NCBI GenBank assembly: GCA_964473915.1
Contig: CAYYRK010000001.1
Span: forward strand, 1-49,682
Direction: 5' to 3'
DNA from: an uncultured Pseudomonadales bacterium
GTDB lineage: Bacteria; Pseudomonadota; Gammaproteobacteria; Pseudomonadales; IMCC2047
Length of the DNA stretch: 49,682 bases
This document shows positions 38,637-47,861 of this stretch, one piece after another. The notes below the pieces were generated by a model that saw only the letters and a program-made list of their open reading frames with translations, did no database searches and was not told the DNA's origin. A program made the translations under genes and the position numbers. How positions within the stretch are numbered: position 1 is the first letter of the stretch; the number at the start of each line of letters is the position of its first letter.

Positions 38637-39632
38637 TTACTGCCAGGGTCGACTGTAAGCACCGAGCGTAGTCTGCACACCCTCGGATACCTTCGACAGG
38701 CTTTCAAGCCACTCCTGTCGAGGAGCAAAACGCTCAGGCTCTCGGTTATAATCATCCAATGCTTCGCGCCAAACTTTAACTACCTGTTCCACATAAACAG
38801 GGCTTCGCTGCCTACCTTCCAGCTTAATCGCCTTAATACCGGTTTTGTGAAGTTCTGGTATCAGACTCAATGTATTCAGACTGGTCGGCTCTTCCAGCGC
38901 GTTATAGACAGAATCATTGACTTTGAATCGCCCCTTACACAAGGTCGGATACCCAGCATTCTCCCCTTCAGAGTAACGGTCTATCAGCACTTCATTTAGA
39001 CGAGACTCCCTGCCCCGCGGGGTCTCTTCCCAGCGCACAGCCTTGGCTGGCGAACAGGCACCGCAAGTATTGGGTGATTCATCGGTTACAAAGGAGGATA
39101 GATGGCAACGCCCCTCAGCCATGATGCACAGACTGCCAAAACCAAAAACTTCCAGATCTACCGGGCTTGATTCTGCGACCTGCTTAACCTGCGCCAGGGA
39201 AAGCACCCGGGGCAACACCGCACGCTTGATACCAAACTGCTGATGATAAAAATTGAGGGCTTCATGATTGGTTGCCGAACCCTGTACTGAGAGGTGCAAA
39301 GGCAGGTCTGGGTAATGATTCGAAGCATAGTCCAACACCCCCATATCGGCCACAATGAGTGCGCTCAGACCCAGATCATAGGCTTGATCAACAGCGCGTT
39401 GCCAACGCATCCAGCCCTTTGGCTGGGGATAGGTATTGATTGCTAGAAAGACCTTCACGCCCCGATCACGTGCGTAAATCAGGGCTGCGCTGGCCTTGCG
39501 ATCATTAAAATTCAGCCCCGCAAAGTGACGGGCGTTAGTCTCATCCTTAAAACCGATATAGACAGCATCAGCACCGTTATCTACGGCTGCTTTTAATGCG
39601 GGCAGACTGCCAGCAGGACATACCAACTCCAT
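38637..39632 (-). CDS. ubiU: U32-family protein UbiU (O2-independent ubiquinone hydroxylation)
   Basis: 331 aa. MELVCPAGSLPALKAAVDNGADAVYIGFKDETNARHFAGLNF is near-identical in pattern to E. coli YhbU/UbiU. A conserved Cys cluster (CIMAEGRCHLS...CGAC) is present. Confidence 0.9.
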   Translation of the reverse strand: MELVCPAGSLPALKAAVDNGADAVYIGFKDETNARHFAGLNFNDRKASAALIYARDRGVKVFLAINTYPQPKGWMRWQRAVDQAYDLGLSALIVADMGVLDYASNHYPDLPLHLSVQGSATNHEALNFYHQQFGIKRAVLPRVLSLAQVKQVAESSPVDLEVFGFGSLCIMAEGRCHLSSFVTDESPNTCGACSPAKAVRWEETPRGRESRLNEVLIDRYSEGENAGYPTLCKGRFKVNDSVYNALEEPTSLNTLSLIPELHKTGIKAIKLEGRQRSPVYVEQVVKVWREALDDYNREPERFAPRQEWLESLSKVSEGVQTTLGAYSRPWQ

Positions 39633-39646
39633 TCAAGTCTCCTCTA

Positions 39647-40162
39647 TTACTGGTACTTAGGTTCAGTCGGTGCCAGAAGATGGCTGAGATGGGTGGCCGC
39701 ACCAAGCGCCTGCCTTAGGGGGGCAGGAAGGCTGTCAAGGTCAACGTTGTCCAGCAAATTTTTAACTTCCAGCCCTAACTCAGTATCGCCCTCAATTGAC
39801 AATCGTCTCTGAAAGAAAAGCGTGTCTGGGTCTTCTTGACGAGTTGCCAACAGAAAAAACTCGTGAGCATTACCGCTAATAGTCACATCAGCATTGCCCA
39901 TGGCAGGCATCACCTTGATATTATCGTTCACAAGAGTGACCTGCCACCCTGTATTGAGATCACGAACAAACACCTCCAGTATCCTGTTTTCAAGACACTC
40001 AAGATCACCATCAAGAATAGCCTCCGCCAACACTTTAGGCAGGATCGATTCAAGGGTAAATTTCTGTAACCCAAACGGAATAAATCGGGTTGATTGCCCA
40101 AGAACTGGCACAACGAACCGGACTAGCAGATCAGCTCTCACGCAAACAACACTCCAGATCAC
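39647..40162 (-). CDS. ubiT: SCP2-domain ubiquinone biosynthesis accessory factor UbiT
   Basis: EDPDTLFFQRRLSIEGDTELGLEVKNLLD matches the E. coli YhbT/UbiT core. The ORF starts with GTG at 40162. An internal GTG at 40141 is preceded by GGAG and is an alternative start. Confidence 0.85.
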   Translation of the reverse strand: MIWSVVCVRADLLVRFVVPVLGQSTRFIPFGLQKFTLESILPKVLAEAILDGDLECLENRILEVFVRDLNTGWQVTLVNDNIKVMPAMGNADVTISGNAHEFFLLATRQEDPDTLFFQRRLSIEGDTELGLEVKNLLDNVDLDSLPAPLRQALGAATHLSHLLAPTEPKYQ

Positions 40163-40775
40163 CAGGTTAGGTTAAATCGGGACTTTCTCTAGCATACATC
40201 CATATGCCAGATCCGGTCGAGACGCGATTCTACCGTATTCAGCGTCCAGGGGAAAGGAGATAAAGAAACAACAACGCCCGGCTAAATAGTCCTAGAATCC
40301 TAAGCGGGCGAAGAGATAGATCGAAATTAATGACATTAGTATTAACAAGTTACTATTGGGATTGAGCGGTCAACTGAGGAATCTAGGATGATGGAGGATA
40401 AGCTTATATAGACTGCCCCACAGCGAGTCGTACCTCTTATCATCCCGGAGATCTGTGCTTTGGAAAACAGTTCAGGGCAGCGTAACATTCTACTGCTCGG
40501 CCAGACAATCTTAGCAGGAAGCCTGACATACTTAAGACTGGAACCGAACCGATAAGTCTTGCTCCACGTGCACAGGATGAGTGCCTCACCCGAAAACTAA
40601 CACCTGACTTTGCAGCTTAGGTGTAATCGCACCGGACGCTTCCCTGGGCGTATGACGCCCCAGAAGGCCGTTGGACTTGGGATTTCTTGCTGTAAAAAAA
40701 CCGAATCCGGCTTTTCCACCCACGATCACCTGAGTCCAACGGCACTGTAAGCCCCTGAGGGCCATATTATATAGA

Positions 40776-40914
40776 GAGACCTTTGCACAAGAGCCATTTT
40801 GCCCCCATGCTGTGTTAAAAATTTGCTCAATCGGTCATTTACAACTGTAAACTCCCTCTTTGCGCGCTTTTTTGCCTTGCCTGGAACCAAAATCATCTCT
40901 CGTGCAAAGGTCTC
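40776..40914. mobile_element. MITE-like element, short copy (139 bp)
   Basis: GAGACCTTTGCACAAGAGCCATTTTG...CAAAATCATCTCTCGTGCAAAGGTCTC. The terminal 13 nt are perfect inverted repeats. By eye, identity to copy A (5046..5412) is about 80% at the left end and about 90% at the right end. It starts 14 nt after the narI stop codon. Confidence 0.7.
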
Positions 40915-40927
40915 ATATAACTAATTT

Positions 40928-41611
40928 TTAAACGATTTTCTGCCGTACTATCTGGTAATTGCGCCCCAGGTACCAGATTGGAGCACTGATAATATGCACA
41001 AGCCGTGTAAAGGGGAAAACCACAAAGATAGTCAGCCCTAAAAACACATGCAGCTTATAGATCAGATTGACACTGGACATAGCCGCAGCAGCTTCAACCG
41101 GCTGGAAAGTAACGATACTCTGTGCCCAGGTTCCAAGCAGCACCATCACGGAGCCATCCATATGCTGGCTTGAAGCAACAATGGTCATCAGACCAAGCAG
41201 CAACTGAACATAGAGCAGAATGAGAACAAAGGTATCGGAAAAAGAACTGGTCGCTCGCACCCGGGGGTCTGTCAAACGTCGAACTAGCAAAAGTGTCATT
41301 CCAATCAGGGCGATCACCCCAAACAACCCACCAGACAGCATAGCCAGCAGCTGCTTGTGAGGTGTTGAAATCACATAATGATAGACAGACTCAGGTGTTA
41401 ACAGCCCCACAAAATGCCCCATGAGAACAAAGATCACGCCCACATGAAACATATTGCTGGCCCAGCGCATATTCTGCTTATTCATCAACTGAGAGGACCC
41501 AGCCTTCCAGCTATACTGTTCCCGGTCAAATCTTATCCAACTACCAAGCAGGCATACCAGCAGGGCAATATATGGATAAAGACCAAATAGTAGTGTATTA
41601 AAATAAGTCAT
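40928..41611 (-). CDS. narI: Respiratory nitrate reductase gamma subunit NarI (dihaem b)
   Basis: 227 aa with 5 TM helices and conserved His ligands. It is the last gene of narGHJI. Confidence 0.93.
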   Translation of the reverse strand: MTYFNTLLFGLYPYIALLVCLLGSWIRFDREQYSWKAGSSQLMNKQNMRWASNMFHVGVIFVLMGHFVGLLTPESVYHYVISTPHKQLLAMLSGGLFGVIALIGMTLLLVRRLTDPRVRATSSFSDTFVLILLYVQLLLGLMTIVASSQHMDGSVMVLLGTWAQSIVTFQPVEAAAAMSSVNLIYKLHVFLGLTIFVVFPFTRLVHIISAPIWYLGRNYQIVRQKIV

Positions 41612-41637
41612 GGTTTCTTCCCTTATTAATTGCCTGG

Positions 41638-42378
41638 TTAAATATTCGACCCGGTAGGTGCGGCTTCAACGCTAGCCTCATGCACCCAGTGCATAGGGAC
41701 AGGCTGTTCTTTTGATGATGGAGATGGACGGCTTTGAGTAGCAGATGGGCATCCTCCTTGGTCGTTATCCATCCCAAAGGTTATCGCCTCCTCCTCCCAG
41801 ATTTTGTCCATGGCCTCCATGGTATCATCACGTTCCTCGTTGGCAGCCGTCTTGAGCAGGTCAGTCATATCAGCGGTTACACCCGCAACCATAAGCAACG
41901 CATCGAACAGGCTATGGTACTGGCTTTTGCGCTCCTGTAACCTGGCGCTGAGCATTGCAAGTATATGACTAACATCGGCCAACCCTTCACGGGCTTCCAT
42001 TTCGGGACGCTGCGCTAAATACTCCAGGTAAAGGGGTATATAATCAGGCAGTTCCCTGACGTTGATAGCAAACCCATTTTGCTCGTAGAGCGCCATCAAA
42101 TCGACCATCGCCTGACCACGATCACGAGATTCACCGTGTACATGTTCGAACAATAGCAGAGACAAAGATCGCCCCCTGTCGAAAAGCTCTCCGTAATGCT
42201 CCTGAGCATCGAAGAGATCCCTTGCGTAGACATGATCTACCAGAGCCGCCAACTGGCTGCGCATGGGCGGCGAGATCTCTTTCGCCTCCTCAATACACTC
42301 CTTTAACGCCTCACCGTGTTGACGAAAGCCCTCAGTGGGATAGTCCATCAATCGGGCAATTACTTTCAATATATCCAT
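41638..42378 (-). CDS. narJ: Nitrate reductase molybdenum cofactor assembly chaperone NarJ
   Basis: 246 aa. Its position between narH and narI, and a NarJ/TorD-like helical sequence (LLFEHVHGESRDRGQAMVDL), support the call. Confidence 0.9.
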   Translation of the reverse strand: MDILKVIARLMDYPTEGFRQHGEALKECIEEAKEISPPMRSQLAALVDHVYARDLFDAQEHYGELFDRGRSLSLLLFEHVHGESRDRGQAMVDLMALYEQNGFAINVRELPDYIPLYLEYLAQRPEMEAREGLADVSHILAMLSARLQERKSQYHSLFDALLMVAGVTADMTDLLKTAANEERDDTMEAMDKIWEEEAITFGMDNDQGGCPSATQSRPSPSSKEQPVPMHWVHEASVEAAPTGSNI

Positions 42379-42383
42379 AGCCT

Positions 42384-43922
42384 CTACTCCCAGACCTGCA
42401 CTGTTTGAATGATATCTCGGCGATTCGCCTTAACACCACCAAACATATTGACTTCATTACGCCCGGTTGAACAACCATTACCAAAGGTAAAACCGCAACC
42501 GCCACGTTCAGCATATGCCTCAACCAAAGCATCTTCCCTGTGGGCTGTAGGAACGACATATCGATCCTCATAGTTGGCAATCGCCATATAACGATACATC
42601 TCTTCTACCTGCTCTTCGCTAAGCCCAACCTCTTCAAGAACAGCCAGATCCTGACAACCCTCAACATTCTGGGCACGCTTGTATGCACGCATTGCCAACA
42701 ACCGCTTCAATGCCAACCTAACAGGTGCTTCATCCCCTGCTGTCAGCATATTAGCCAGATATTTGATCGGTATGCGCAGCGAGTCAACATCGGGGATTAT
42801 ACCGTTCATTCCCACATGCCCAGCTTCAGCAGCTGACTGTATGGGAGAAAGCGGCGGCACATACCAAACCATAGGCAGGGTACGGTATTCAGGATGCAGC
42901 GGCAGTGCTAACTGCCAGTCCACTGCCAATTTGTAAACCGGCGATCGCTGAGCTGCCTTGAGCACCGAATCACTAATTCCATCCTTCTTAGCCTGGGCAA
43001 TAACCTCTTTATCAAAGGGGTCGAGAAAGATATCGAGCTGCCGCTGATAAAGATCCTGTTCAGACTCAGTGCTGGCTGCTTCTTTAATCCGGTCAGCGTC
43101 ATAGAGCAGCACACCAAGATAACGGATACGCCCCACACAGGTCTCAGAACAGACCGTTGGCATGCCTGATTCGATACGCGGATAACAGAAAATACATTTT
43201 TCTGATTTGCCAGATTTCCAGTTAAAGTAGATTTTTTTGTACGGGCAGGCAGACACACACATCCGCCAGCCACGACATTTATCCTGATCAATCAGGACAA
43301 TACCATCTTCCTCTCTCTTATAGATCGCACCGCTAGGGCACGATGCAACACAAGCGGGGTTCAGACAGTGCTCGCACAGGCGCGGCACATACATCATGAA
43401 GGTGTTTTCAAATTCACCATACATCTGTTTCTCAATCTGATCAAAATTCTTATCCTTGCTGCGCTTGGAAAATTCCGTCCCCAGAATCTCCTCCCAGTTT
43501 GGACCCCACTCAATTTTGTCCATGCGTTTACCAGACACCAGCGAGCGCGGACGCGCTACCGGCTGATGCGCTGACTCAGGCGCCGTATGCAGATGCTGAT
43601 AATCAAAATCGAATGGCTCATAATAGTCATCAATTTGCGGCATATCAGGGTTGGCAAATATGTTCGACAAAAGCTTCAGCTTCCCGCCAATTCTTGGCTT
43701 TATAGAACCATCTGCACTGCGCACCCAGCCGCCATTCCATTTCTCTTGATTTTCCCAATCCTTGGGATAGCCGATGCCAGGCTTACTCTCAACATTGTTG
43801 AACCAGGCGTATTCCATACCCTCTCTCGAGGTCCATACGTTCTTACAGGTAACAGAGCAGGTGTGACAACCAATACATTTGTCCAGATTCAACACCATGC
43901 CAATTTGTGATCGAATTTTCAT
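42384..43922 (-). CDS. narH: Respiratory nitrate reductase beta subunit NarH (Fe-S)
   Basis: 512 aa. MKIRSQIGMVLNLDKCIGCHTCSVTCKNVWT and further ferredoxin-type Cys clusters are highly similar to E. coli NarH. Confidence 0.96.
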   Translation of the reverse strand: MKIRSQIGMVLNLDKCIGCHTCSVTCKNVWTSREGMEYAWFNNVESKPGIGYPKDWENQEKWNGGWVRSADGSIKPRIGGKLKLLSNIFANPDMPQIDDYYEPFDFDYQHLHTAPESAHQPVARPRSLVSGKRMDKIEWGPNWEEILGTEFSKRSKDKNFDQIEKQMYGEFENTFMMYVPRLCEHCLNPACVASCPSGAIYKREEDGIVLIDQDKCRGWRMCVSACPYKKIYFNWKSGKSEKCIFCYPRIESGMPTVCSETCVGRIRYLGVLLYDADRIKEAASTESEQDLYQRQLDIFLDPFDKEVIAQAKKDGISDSVLKAAQRSPVYKLAVDWQLALPLHPEYRTLPMVWYVPPLSPIQSAAEAGHVGMNGIIPDVDSLRIPIKYLANMLTAGDEAPVRLALKRLLAMRAYKRAQNVEGCQDLAVLEEVGLSEEQVEEMYRYMAIANYEDRYVVPTAHREDALVEAYAERGGCGFTFGNGCSTGRNEVNMFGGVKANRRDIIQTVQVWE

Positions 43923-43934
43923 TGTGCCGTCTCC

Positions 43935-46900
43935 TTATACATCTTGAGGTAGGGGTTGGGGTAGCGCATCGCCATCAGGCCCGTCCAGCCAATCTACTTT
44001 GGCCATTTTACGTACCAGTACGATTTCATCACGATTACAGCCCACGGTTCCATAATAGTTAAAACCATAGGACTGCTGGGCATAACCACCAATCATATGA
44101 GTGGGTTTGAGTATCACCCGGGTGACTGAGTTATGGTGTCCGCCACGGGTTCCTGTGGTTTCTGAACCAGGCACATTGACGATCCGCTCCTGGGCGTGAT
44201 ACATCATCACCATCCCTTCCATAACCCGCTGACTCACCACTGCCCGACAGGTGAGGGCGCCGTTAGCATTGAACACTTCTACCCAGTCGTTATCCTCAAT
44301 ATCAGCTTTTTTGGCGTCAACCTCGCTTAACCAGATGATAGGCCCGCCCCGAGATAGGGTCAGCATCAATAGGTTATCTGTATAGGTGCTATGGATACCC
44401 CATTTTTGATGGGGGGTAATCCAGTTTAATGCTATCTCTTTATTACCATTAGGTCGCTTATCTTTCACCACATCGATTGTCTTGGTATTGACCGGTGGTC
44501 GGTAGGAGACAAACTGCTCACCAAAAGCCTGCATCCAGGGGTGATCCTGGTAAAACTGTTGACGCCCAGTCAGGGTTCTCCAGGGGATCAACTCATGTAC
44601 ATTGGTATAGCCTGCGTTATAACTGACATGTTCATCTTCCAATCCTGACCAGGTCGGTGAAGAGATGATTTTACGCGGTTGCGCCTGAAGATCACGAAAA
44701 CGTATTTTTTCTTCACGCTTTGGCTCAGCCAGGTGTGCATGGCTTCGGCCAGTAAACTTACTCAGTGCATCCCACGCCTTCACTGCAACATTGCCGTTGG
44801 TTTCCGGCGCCAGGGCCAATATTACCTCGGCTGCATCAATTGCAGATTCAATAACAGGCAATCCCTTACTGATTCCTTTTTCAACCACCTTGTGATTCAA
44901 ACCAGCAAGCAGTTTGATTTCATCATCGGTATTCCAGCCAATACCCTTGCCGCCATTGCCCAGCTTCTCAAGCAAGGGGCCAAGAGAGGTGAATTTCTTA
45001 TAGACATTCGGATAATCGCGCTCAACCACCACCATGTTGGGGGCTGTTTTTCCTGGAATAAGATCACACTCACCATGCTTCCAGTCCTGCACATGAAAAG
45101 GTTGTGCCAGCTCTCCTGGTGTATCATGCAACATGGGCACAGTGACCAGATCTTTCTCTACACCCAGGTTACCTACAACCACTTCGGAGAACTTCTCTGC
45201 AATACCCTTATAAATATCCCAGTCGCTACGTGCCTCCCAGGCAGGATCAGTTGCAGCAGATAGCGGGTGAATAAACGGGTGCATATCTGAAGTATTCAAG
45301 TCGTCTTTTTCATACCAGGTTGCAGTCGGCAAAACGATATCTGAGTACAGGGCGGTAGAGGACATTCTGAAATCCAGTGTCACTACCAGGTCAAGTTTTC
45401 CTTCTGCACCCTTCTGCTCGAATTCAATCTCTTTGGGAATGATGCCACCGCGTTCCGCATTATCGCCATTCATCACGCCATTGCGGGTACCCAGCAGATA
45501 TTTGAGCATATATTCATGCCCCTTACCGGAGGAACCCAACAGGTTAGAGCGCCAGATAAACATGTTTCGCGGAAAGTTATTCGGATCATCAGGTGCTTCA
45601 CAGGCAAACTTGAGTTCCCCGGCCTTGAGTTGCTCAACCGCATACGCTTTAGGATCCATGCCAGCAGCTTCTGCGTCCCGGGTGATTTGCAGCGGATTTC
45701 TGTTCAACTGCGGTGCTGATGGCAGCCAGCCCATACGTTCAGCTTGAACGTTGTAATCAAGCATATGCTCGGGCATGCTTGACTTATCTGCCATAGGCGA
45801 CAACACCTCATGGATGCTAATTTTCTCGTGTCGCCACTGGGATGAGTGGTTATAAAAGAAGGAGGTGCCATTCATCTGCCGTGGAGGCCGACTCCAATCC
45901 AGAGCAAAGGCCAGTGGTAGCCAACCTGTTTGTGGACGCAGCTTTTCCTGACCCACATAGTGAGCCCAACCACCACCGCTCTGACCAACACAGCCACACA
46001 TAACCAACATGTTGATTAAGCCACGGTAGTTCATATCCATGTGGTACCAGTGGTTCATAGCCGCACCGACAATGATCATCGATTTACCACGGGTCTTGTT
46101 GGCGTTATCGGCAAACTCACGGGCGATCTGAATCGCCTTCTCACGACTCACACCGGTAATCTTTTCCTGCCAGGCTGGGGTACCGGGCACATCATCATCG
46201 TAACTGGATGCGACATTGCTGCCACCCAAGCCACGGTCGATAGCATAGTTAGCCATCATCAGGTCATAGACTGTGGCTACCCTTTGCTTGCTCCCATCAG
46301 CAAGTTCCAGCGTTCGGCATGGCACATTGCGCAGTTGAACCTCATCCTGCTCACAATGAGGCCAATACTCATTAGAATCATCTGCGGCAAAATTTGGGAA
46401 GGCGACTGCAACGGGATCTTCAGAACCCTCAATCAAGCTGAGCTGCAGCTTGGTTTCGTTACCGTCTTTACCTTCTCGTTCCTCAATGTTCCACTTGCCC
46501 TGCTCGCCCCAGCGATAGCCGATACTGCCGGCGGGAGAAACCAGTTCTTTTGACAGCTCATCCAGTGCGATGGTCTTCCATTCAGGATTATTTTCCTGAC
46601 CCAGATTGCTTGTTAGATCAGAGGCCCGCAGAAAACGCGTGGGTTTGAAAGCACCCTCCTCATAATCTTCCAGCAGTACCAGATACGGCATATCAGAATA
46701 TTGACGCACATAATCTGTGAAATATTCACTGGGGTTTTCAAGGTGAAACTCTTTGAGTATCACATGACCAAATGCCATACCCAGAGCTGCGTCCGTACCC
46801 TGCTTGGGGTTTAGCCATTGGTCAGCTAATTTGGCAACTTCTGCGTAGTCTGGTGTTATAGCAACCGTTTTGGCCCCTTTATAGCGCACTTCGGTAAAAA

Positions 46901-47699
46901 AGTGTGCATCTGGCGTCCGCGTTTGCGGCACATTGGAGCCCCAAGCAATAATATAGTTGGAGTTATACCAGTCGGCAGATTCTGGCACATCGGTCTGCTC
47001 TCCCCAGACCATGGGCGATGAGGGAGGTAGATCACAGTACCAATCGTAAAAGCTGATACAAACACCACCGATCAGGGAAAGGTAACGAGACCCTGCCGCA
47101 TAGGACACCATGGACATCGCAGGAATCGGTGAAAACCCAACCACCCGATCCGGCCCATACTGCTTGGCAGTGTAAACATTGGCCGAGGCAATTATTTCGT
47201 TAACCTCATCCCAGGAAGATCGGATATATCCGCCCATTCCACGTTTTGACTTGTAGGACCTTGCTCGCTCTTTATCTTCAACAATCCAGCCCCAGGCTTC
47301 TACCGGGTTGGTGTGAATTTTACGTGCTTCGCGCCATAATTTGAGTAACGGCTTACGTACTTTGGGATACTTAAGGCGATTGGCGCTATAGATATACCAG
47401 GAATAACTGGCCCCACGCTGACAACCTCGAGGTTCATGGTTGGGCAGGTCATCCCGTGTTCGAGGGTAATCAGTCTGCTGGGTCTCCCAGGTGATCAACC
47501 CGTTTTTAACATAGATCTTCCAGCTACACGAACCGGTACAGTTGACACCATGCGTGGAGCGTACAATTTTATCATGCTGCCAACGCTGGCGGTAACTGTC
47601 TTCCCAGGCACGGCTTTCGTTGGTCACATCACCGTGACCCTCTGAAAACTCGCCCTGCTTCTTCTTAAAAAACTGTAACCTATCGAGAAAGTGACTCAT
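43935..47699 (-). CDS. narG: Respiratory nitrate reductase alpha subunit NarG (Mo-bisMGD)
   Basis: 1254 aa. The N-terminus MSHFLDRLQFFKKK...WEDSYRQRWQHDKIVRSTHGVNCTGSCSWKIYVKNGL is nearly identical in pattern to E. coli NarG, including the vestigial Tat motif and the FS0 ligands. Confidence 0.97.
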   Translation of the reverse strand: MSHFLDRLQFFKKKQGEFSEGHGDVTNESRAWEDSYRQRWQHDKIVRSTHGVNCTGSCSWKIYVKNGLITWETQQTDYPRTRDDLPNHEPRGCQRGASYSWYIYSANRLKYPKVRKPLLKLWREARKIHTNPVEAWGWIVEDKERARSYKSKRGMGGYIRSSWDEVNEIIASANVYTAKQYGPDRVVGFSPIPAMSMVSYAAGSRYLSLIGGVCISFYDWYCDLPPSSPMVWGEQTDVPESADWYNSNYIIAWGSNVPQTRTPDAHFFTEVRYKGAKTVAITPDYAEVAKLADQWLNPKQGTDAALGMAFGHVILKEFHLENPSEYFTDYVRQYSDMPYLVLLEDYEEGAFKPTRFLRASDLTSNLGQENNPEWKTIALDELSKELVSPAGSIGYRWGEQGKWNIEEREGKDGNETKLQLSLIEGSEDPVAVAFPNFAADDSNEYWPHCEQDEVQLRNVPCRTLELADGSKQRVATVYDLMMANYAIDRGLGGSNVASSYDDDVPGTPAWQEKITGVSREKAIQIAREFADNANKTRGKSMIIVGAAMNHWYHMDMNYRGLINMLVMCGCVGQSGGGWAHYVGQEKLRPQTGWLPLAFALDWSRPPRQMNGTSFFYNHSSQWRHEKISIHEVLSPMADKSSMPEHMLDYNVQAERMGWLPSAPQLNRNPLQITRDAEAAGMDPKAYAVEQLKAGELKFACEAPDDPNNFPRNMFIWRSNLLGSSGKGHEYMLKYLLGTRNGVMNGDNAERGGIIPKEIEFEQKGAEGKLDLVVTLDFRMSSTALYSDIVLPTATWYEKDDLNTSDMHPFIHPLSAATDPAWEARSDWDIYKGIAEKFSEVVVGNLGVEKDLVTVPMLHDTPGELAQPFHVQDWKHGECDLIPGKTAPNMVVVERDYPNVYKKFTSLGPLLEKLGNGGKGIGWNTDDEIKLLAGLNHKVVEKGISKGLPVIESAIDAAEVILALAPETNGNVAVKAWDALSKFTGRSHAHLAEPKREEKIRFRDLQAQPRKIISSPTWSGLEDEHVSYNAGYTNVHELIPWRTLTGRQQFYQDHPWMQAFGEQFVSYRPPVNTKTIDVVKDKRPNGNKEIALNWITPHQKWGIHSTYTDNLLMLTLSRGGPIIWLSEVDAKKADIEDNDWVEVFNANGALTCRAVVSQRVMEGMVMMYHAQERIVNVPGSETTGTRGGHHNSVTRVILKPTHMIGGYAQQSYGFNYYGTVGCNRDEIVLVRKMAKVDWLDGPDGDALPQPLPQDV

Positions 47700-47799
47700 T
47701 GCTATCGTCTCTCCATTTTATTATCTGATGGAAAATATCTTTTCACTGCCGCACTGCGGCCGAACTATAAGCGGCAACTTCTATCTTTACCAGCCAAAA

Positions 47800-47839
47800 C
47801 TGTTCGAGCATGTTCGGTTAACCGAACATGCTCGAACAG
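47800..47839. repeat. Perfect 40-nt palindrome (20-bp stem hairpin) between narK and narG
   Basis: CTGTTCGAGCATGTTCGGTT|AACCGAACATGCTCGAACAG. On the coding (minus) strand it is followed by TTTTGG, so it could be a terminator or attenuator after narK, an RNA-stability element or a protein-binding site. Confidence 0.8.
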
Positions 47840-47861
47840 AAAATTTTTATCTATGATCCCA

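Noticed and set aside
40589-40765. A 58-aa minus-strand ORF (MALRGLQCRWTQVIVGGKAGFGFFTARNPK...) in the narI-ubiT spacer, just below the ORF-track cutoff.
   Set aside because: It has no Shine-Dalgarno sequence. Its Arg/Gly-rich composition has no TM or signal features. It overlaps the predicted hairpins and is probably not coding.
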